Below, piece by piece: positions 6,984 through 10,844 of a stretch of DNA of 10,844 bases. Below the pieces are notes generated by a model, which saw only the letters and a list, made by a program, of their open reading frames with translations, was not told where the DNA came from and searched no databases. The DNA is from Candidatus Hadarchaeota archaeon. Its GTDB lineage: Archaea; Hadarchaeota; Hadarchaeia; Hadarchaeales; JAWBSP01. Each line of letters begins with the position of its first letter. Positions within the stretch are counted from its first letter, which is position 1. The stretch spans positions 4,373-15,216 of the forward strand of contig CAYYWO010000017.1 of assembly GCA_964474885.1 (NCBI GenBank), written 5' to 3'. Made by a program: the position numbers and the translations under genes.

Positions 6984-9900
6984 TCAATAAAGAAAGATCG
7001 GTATGTAATCCGTTCTGGTCGCATAGTACTCGATTGTACTGTTTACCCTATCGATGGCATTACATAAGGCCTGCTTTGCAAATTTGCTGGGAATTTCTCC
7101 CATGATGACGTAATCTATGAGGTATGATACAAGCTTGGAAGGACTTATGAGAACTTCTGCAACCTCTTTTGCAAAATGATGCTCTCCTGTCATCTTCTCA
7201 ACACCATAGGCTATTAGTATACCAATTCCGGCACCGAGGTAATATCCGGCCACTGCAGCAGGTCCCAGCCTAGTAGCCGCACCAGTTGCAATCTGATACA
7301 GGCCAACTGTCAGACTCATCGAACTGAACATAGCTGAAGCACACTCCTCTGTTAACTTCTCAAGGAGTACTCTTTCAGCTATCGGATCCCTTACTTTTTT
7401 GTACTCTTCGCAGTACTTATTGATCTTGTATATCGTATAACCCAGAATTATGGAATCCGTCACAACTCCTCCTAAGTCCGATATCTTACCTTTAATCTCT
7501 TTACATTTGAATATTTCTTTCAGATCTTTGTCGCCGATGTTCTTTATACTATTCCAAGTATTCTTTATTTTTTTCAATGCATTTGCAAACTTCGGATATT
7601 TCATGCAAATCTTCTCAATCTTTAGAAGGACTTTTCTAAGTTTAATGAATTTCTTACCCAGCTTTTCTGCGTATTTCGACGATTTTATCTTCTTAAATAT
7701 GTTATCAATCTTGAATTCATCAAGAGCCTCCTTGCACTTCGTGAAGTTTTCACAAACCTTTATCCATTTTTCTACAGCACCTTTTACCGTGCAGTAAGCA
7801 TTAATGAGTTCTCTCGTTTTCTCATCGACCTTTTCACCTATATTCGTCACATCTGCCGCAAAACAGAAGTCTATACTCTTCGGATCAAATATGACCTGTA
7901 TCGCTTTGAGATAAGTTCCGTAGCGCTCCAACTTCTGAACAAGGATTATCTGATCTGTGATTATTGCCTTAGCATATTCAACGTTTTCATCACGTATTTC
8001 GTCTATGACGGCCTTAATCCTCGCCATGTCGTACATCGAGAGGTCTTCAGGATTTCTCCTGAACTCAGTTGTCGTGACTTCCATAATACTCTTATGCACA
8101 CCGTTTTCGTGCAGATGGAGTTTGTATATAGCTCTAAACGTCGTGAGTGCGTACGTGTTGTTTTCCTTAAGTATCGTATCGTATTCGTTGTAATCTACCC
8201 TGCTGTAGACCTCTCTACCAAGATCTTCTGTAAGCGTGTAATCGTCGTAATACGTTACCGTTATGGTATTCGGATAACTGAGATTTTCCTCATATGCAAT
8301 GTAATATACGTCATCTACCGTCTTTGCAACGATGACCGCAACATCCGCGTTTTCCGTCCCGCTAATGGCATTTTTTATAACATTCCTGAAGTACACGGTG
8401 TATCCCTGTAAGCTCAGCGATGTCCTGTCTTTGAGGGGTTGTTGGGCGTCGAGTTGCGTTATACTCTCAAGCACTTTTGTTATGTTTACATGATCCTTCA
8501 TAAACACGACATACGTATAGTTATACCTTCTAAGCGTTATGCTCCCTATGCTCGCATCCAATCTCTTCATGCTCCACGTTGATCTATCTCCCGTATCAGG
8601 CATCTTTATTGCAATCGGGAATACTGCGATTTCATCCGTTCCGGGCAGAACCTTTATCGTAGCCGTGTAATAATCGTGAGTCTTTACAAGCATCTTCATG
8701 TCCTCTAACAGCAGCTTATAATCGAACTCATAATCGTACGCGTATACAGGGGATCTGTTGAAGAGCATGTACTTCACAGCAGGCTTATATCCCTCAGGAA
8801 CTTCTGCCTTAACGTAAAGTGTTATATAATCGCCGTCTTCAAAATCGTAACTTATTGGAGCATACTTCAGCGCTTTGCTTGGATCACATTTATTCGATGG
8901 AGCGTATCTGTTATCCTCCAGATAACACGCGCTCAAGTTATTCGTAAGTGTAACTCTCCATGGTGAGGCGTTTATCCAGTATACTATTTTATAGCACCAT
9001 ATACCCCTGTGCTCCTTTAATCCCTTTGAGGCAAATGCCACAAACTTGTCGATCGTGTAAACAGGCCATTCCTCCTTTTCAATATACTTTAAAACAAGGT
9101 AATCATTTCCCGCAGCTCTACGGATCGCAGCCCTTGCACACACATCCTCAATAGCATAGCCGCTGCAACTCCTGTATATGCCCAGCTTACCCTTGCTGTA
9201 CAGTACATCACATCCTATATCGGATACATAAGACTCTCCATCGAGTATAATGCCTATGTACTTTGCCGGAATTTCTATCATTCCGGGCTTGAGGTATATC
9301 CTATCAGCCTCAATCTTACCCCATTTTATATCAACACCGTCCGGAATTCCGTCCCCATCGCTGTCGGGATTTGCCGGATCGTATTCCAGACCCCTACTGC
9401 TCATCGCAATCTCATCGCCGTCCGAAAGACCGTCCCCATCGGTATCTGCTATTAAAACGAACGTGTTTCTCTCGTAACCATCTAAAATTCCGTCTGTATC
9501 TGTATCGTTTGTGAACGGATCTGAACCCTTCTTCAATATGACTATGTATTCGATCTTACCATCACCTGATATCTTTAAGTTATGGCTTCCTTCGTACAGA
9601 TATCCGGAATAAACCAGTATGGCATCTCTCGATCCGAGCAAGCTGGAATAGTCAATGGAATCTATTCTTTCATTCCTTAAGAACATGTAATAACTGCCGT
9701 TCATGAAGACCGCTGCGTTAAAGTTGGATGCTTTAATGTAAATCTTATACGTTCCATTTTCGTGAATCGTGAAAGGTATTGTTACCTCTGATGCATAAAG
9801 GTAAAGACCGTCCTCACAGGCAACTGCCTCACCAGCTCTGTATTCACATTTGGTCTTTTCGAAGAGATCGCTGACCCTTATGTAATCGTATACGAAGTAC

Positions 9901-10844
9901 TTGTTGACCTCATCGTAATCGCTCAGACCATCCATATCTGTATCGTTCATCCACGGATCCGTTCCGTAAATGACAACTTCCTCGTAATCGCTTAAACCAT
10001 CACCATCGCTGTCGTACTTCGTCGGATCAGTTTCACCTATCTCCCTATCTACCTTACCGTTCAGATTTATGTCTTCCTGCCAGTCAAAGAGACCGTCACC
10101 GTCACAATCTTTACTAACTGGGCATGGATCAATTCCATCCAGTAGACCATCTAAATCGCAGTCGGGCGAGTATATGGCTGGATTTCCGTCTTCACATATA
10201 CAGTCCGGCTCCTGACTATCCATTAGTCCATCGTTGTCAGAATCGCTGTTTATGGCAGCGTATAGATCGTATCTTTCGGCATAGTAAAGCCTTCTTTCGC
10301 CGTAGTAATACCTTAAGTCCGGTTCTCTCGAATATCCCATGGAATCGAATCTGTACACGTATGCATCGTAATCTTTAGTGCTTGTGTTGTACAGGACTAA
10401 GCATATTGCGTTTAATTCTCTGACGGCTGGTTCCGTTTCGAACTTGAATTCATCGACATATATACCTCCTGATTGTGCTCCAATTGTCACGTTCGAATCT
10501 CCGCGCATTGGATACACTATGAAGGTCCTTCTGAGGACTAGCGAATTGTTATGTTTGATCAGGATGTTAACCTTCTTTATGAAAGTATTGACGTATACGT
10601 CAAGCGTGTACCAATCTGAAACGTTAATTGTGCCAAGCGGGTATTCCGGTATGCTTAGCGTGCTCAGATCTAGCTTTATCGTTGCCGATTCTGAATCAGA
10701 ACTGGCATTGATCGATAGGTATCTATCCCTGTAAATAGTCACTTCTGAGTTCGGATCTACCTTAAATGATATCAGTGCTCTGTAGGAGTTATTGCTACCA
10801 AATGGTAGGGCTTCAATGCTCATATACGAATTCTGTAAATGAAC
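6984..10844 (-). CDS. Giant modular, probably extracellular protein with thrombospondin type 3-like / binary-toxin-like Ca-binding repeats and a C-terminal membrane-active helical domain (5'-partial)
   Basis: The frame stays open past ATG 10823 to the window edge (VHLQNSY-MSIE...), with no SD and no signal peptide visible, so the true start is probably outside the window. It has eight DxDxDG[LI]xD motifs, many N-x-S/T sequons, about 23 Cys, a Lys-rich region and a Gly/Ala hydrophobic hairpin near the C-terminus. Confidence 0.85.
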   Translation of the reverse strand, partial: VHLQNSYMSIEALPFGSNNSYRALISFKVDPNSEVTIYRDRYLSINASSDSESATIKLDLSTLSIPEYPLGTINVSDWYTLDVYVNTFIKKVNILIKHNNSLVLRRTFIVYPMRGDSNVTIGAQSGGIYVDEFKFETEPAVRELNAICLVLYNTSTKDYDAYVYRFDSMGYSREPDLRYYYGERRLYYAERYDLYAAINSDSDNDGLMDSQEPDCICEDGNPAIYSPDCDLDGLLDGIDPCPVSKDCDGDGLFDWQEDINLNGKVDREIGETDPTKYDSDGDGLSDYEEVVIYGTDPWMNDTDMDGLSDYDEVNKYFVYDYIRVSDLFEKTKCEYRAGEAVACEDGLYLYASEVTIPFTIHENGTYKIYIKASNFNAAVFMNGSYYMFLRNERIDSIDYSSLLGSRDAILVYSGYLYEGSHNLKISGDGKIEYIVILKKGSDPFTNDTDTDGILDGYERNTFVLIADTDGDGLSDGDEIAMSSRGLEYDPANPDSDGDGIPDGVDIKWGKIEADRIYLKPGMIEIPAKYIGIILDGESYVSDIGCDVLYSKGKLGIYRSCSGYAIEDVCARAAIRRAAGNDYLVLKYIEKEEWPVYTIDKFVAFASKGLKEHRGIWCYKIVYWINASPWRVTLTNNLSACYLEDNRYAPSNKCDPSKALKYAPISYDFEDGDYITLYVKAEVPEGYKPAVKYMLFNRSPVYAYDYEFDYKLLLEDMKMLVKTHDYYTATIKVLPGTDEIAVFPIAIKMPDTGDRSTWSMKRLDASIGSITLRRYNYTYVVFMKDHVNITKVLESITQLDAQQPLKDRTSLSLQGYTVYFRNVIKNAISGTENADVAVIVAKTVDDVYYIAYEENLSYPNTITVTYYDDYTLTEDLGREVYSRVDYNEYDTILKENNTYALTTFRAIYKLHLHENGVHKSIMEVTTTEFRRNPEDLSMYDMARIKAVIDEIRDENVEYAKAIITDQIILVQKLERYGTYLKAIQVIFDPKSIDFCFAADVTNIGEKVDEKTRELINAYCTVKGAVEKWIKVCENFTKCKEALDEFKIDNIFKKIKSSKYAEKLGKKFIKLRKVLLKIEKICMKYPKFANALKKIKNTWNSIKNIGDKDLKEIFKCKEIKGKISDLGGVVTDSIILGYTIYKINKYCEEYKKVRDPIAERVLLEKLTEECASAMFSSMSLTVGLYQIATGAATRLGPAAVAGYYLGAGIGILIAYGVEKMTGEHHFAKEVAEVLISPSKLVSYLIDYVIMGEIPSKFAKQALCNAIDRVNSTIEYYATRTDYIPIFLY
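9330..10244 (-). repeat. Array of Ca-binding DxDxDG[LI]xD (TSP3-like) repeats in two clusters (9909-10244 and 9330-9527)
   Basis: First cluster: DSDNDGLMD, DCDLDGLLD, DCDGDGLFD, (DINLNGKVD), DSDGDGLSD, DTDMDGLSD. Second cluster: DTDTDGILD, DTDGDGLSD, DSDGDGIPD. Linked by TDP/SDP/YDP turns. Confidence 0.88.

Noticed and set aside
9330-10244. Calling the giant protein a true binary toxin B / protective antigen homologue
   Set aside because: Only the generic DxDxDG Ca-binding motifs are shared. No recognisable beta-barrel pore-forming domain or A-component gene is visible.
4914-10734. Small plus-strand ORFs opposite the - strand genes, including the hydrophobic 7450-7797 ORF as a possible antisense immunity protein
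   Set aside because: All lie almost entirely antisense to long genes. The Phe/Leu/Ile richness of 7450-7797 is the expected mirror of Lys/Glu/Asn codons, so there is no independent support.
10821-10823. ATG 10823 as the real start of the giant gene
   Set aside because: No SD or signal peptide, and the frame remains open to the window edge.

Overview
Archaeal-looking window: GGTGAT Shine-Dalgarno motifs, TATA-like boxes, oligo-T ends, ATA/AGG-rich codons and an Archaeoglobales/Methanophagales-style dockerin. The taxonomic call is inference. The left half (44-5439) is a surface-glycan tailoring module. On + are a Wzx/AglR-type flippase, an AsnB-family glutamine amidotransferase and an extended-SDR nucleotide-sugar epimerase/dehydratase; these converge on a DegT-family sugar aminotransferase on -. 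The SDR and the AsnB both carry non-canonical catalytic motifs. The right half (5525-10844, - strand) is a probable two-gene operon. The first gene is a giant (>1286 aa, 5'-truncated by the window) modular protein with a lectin-like beta domain and Ca-binding DxDxDG repeats interrupted by an inserted domain. Its C-terminus has a Lys-rich amphipathic region followed by a glycine-zipper hydrophobic hairpin, as in pore-forming toxins. The second gene, 19 bp downstream, encodes a secreted protein with a partial beta-propeller, an Ig-like domain, a PGF-pre-PGF-like domain and a type I dockerin. The best candidate for a new system is this pair, possibly a dockerin-tethered membrane-active effector. 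That is a hypothesis from sequence pattern only.
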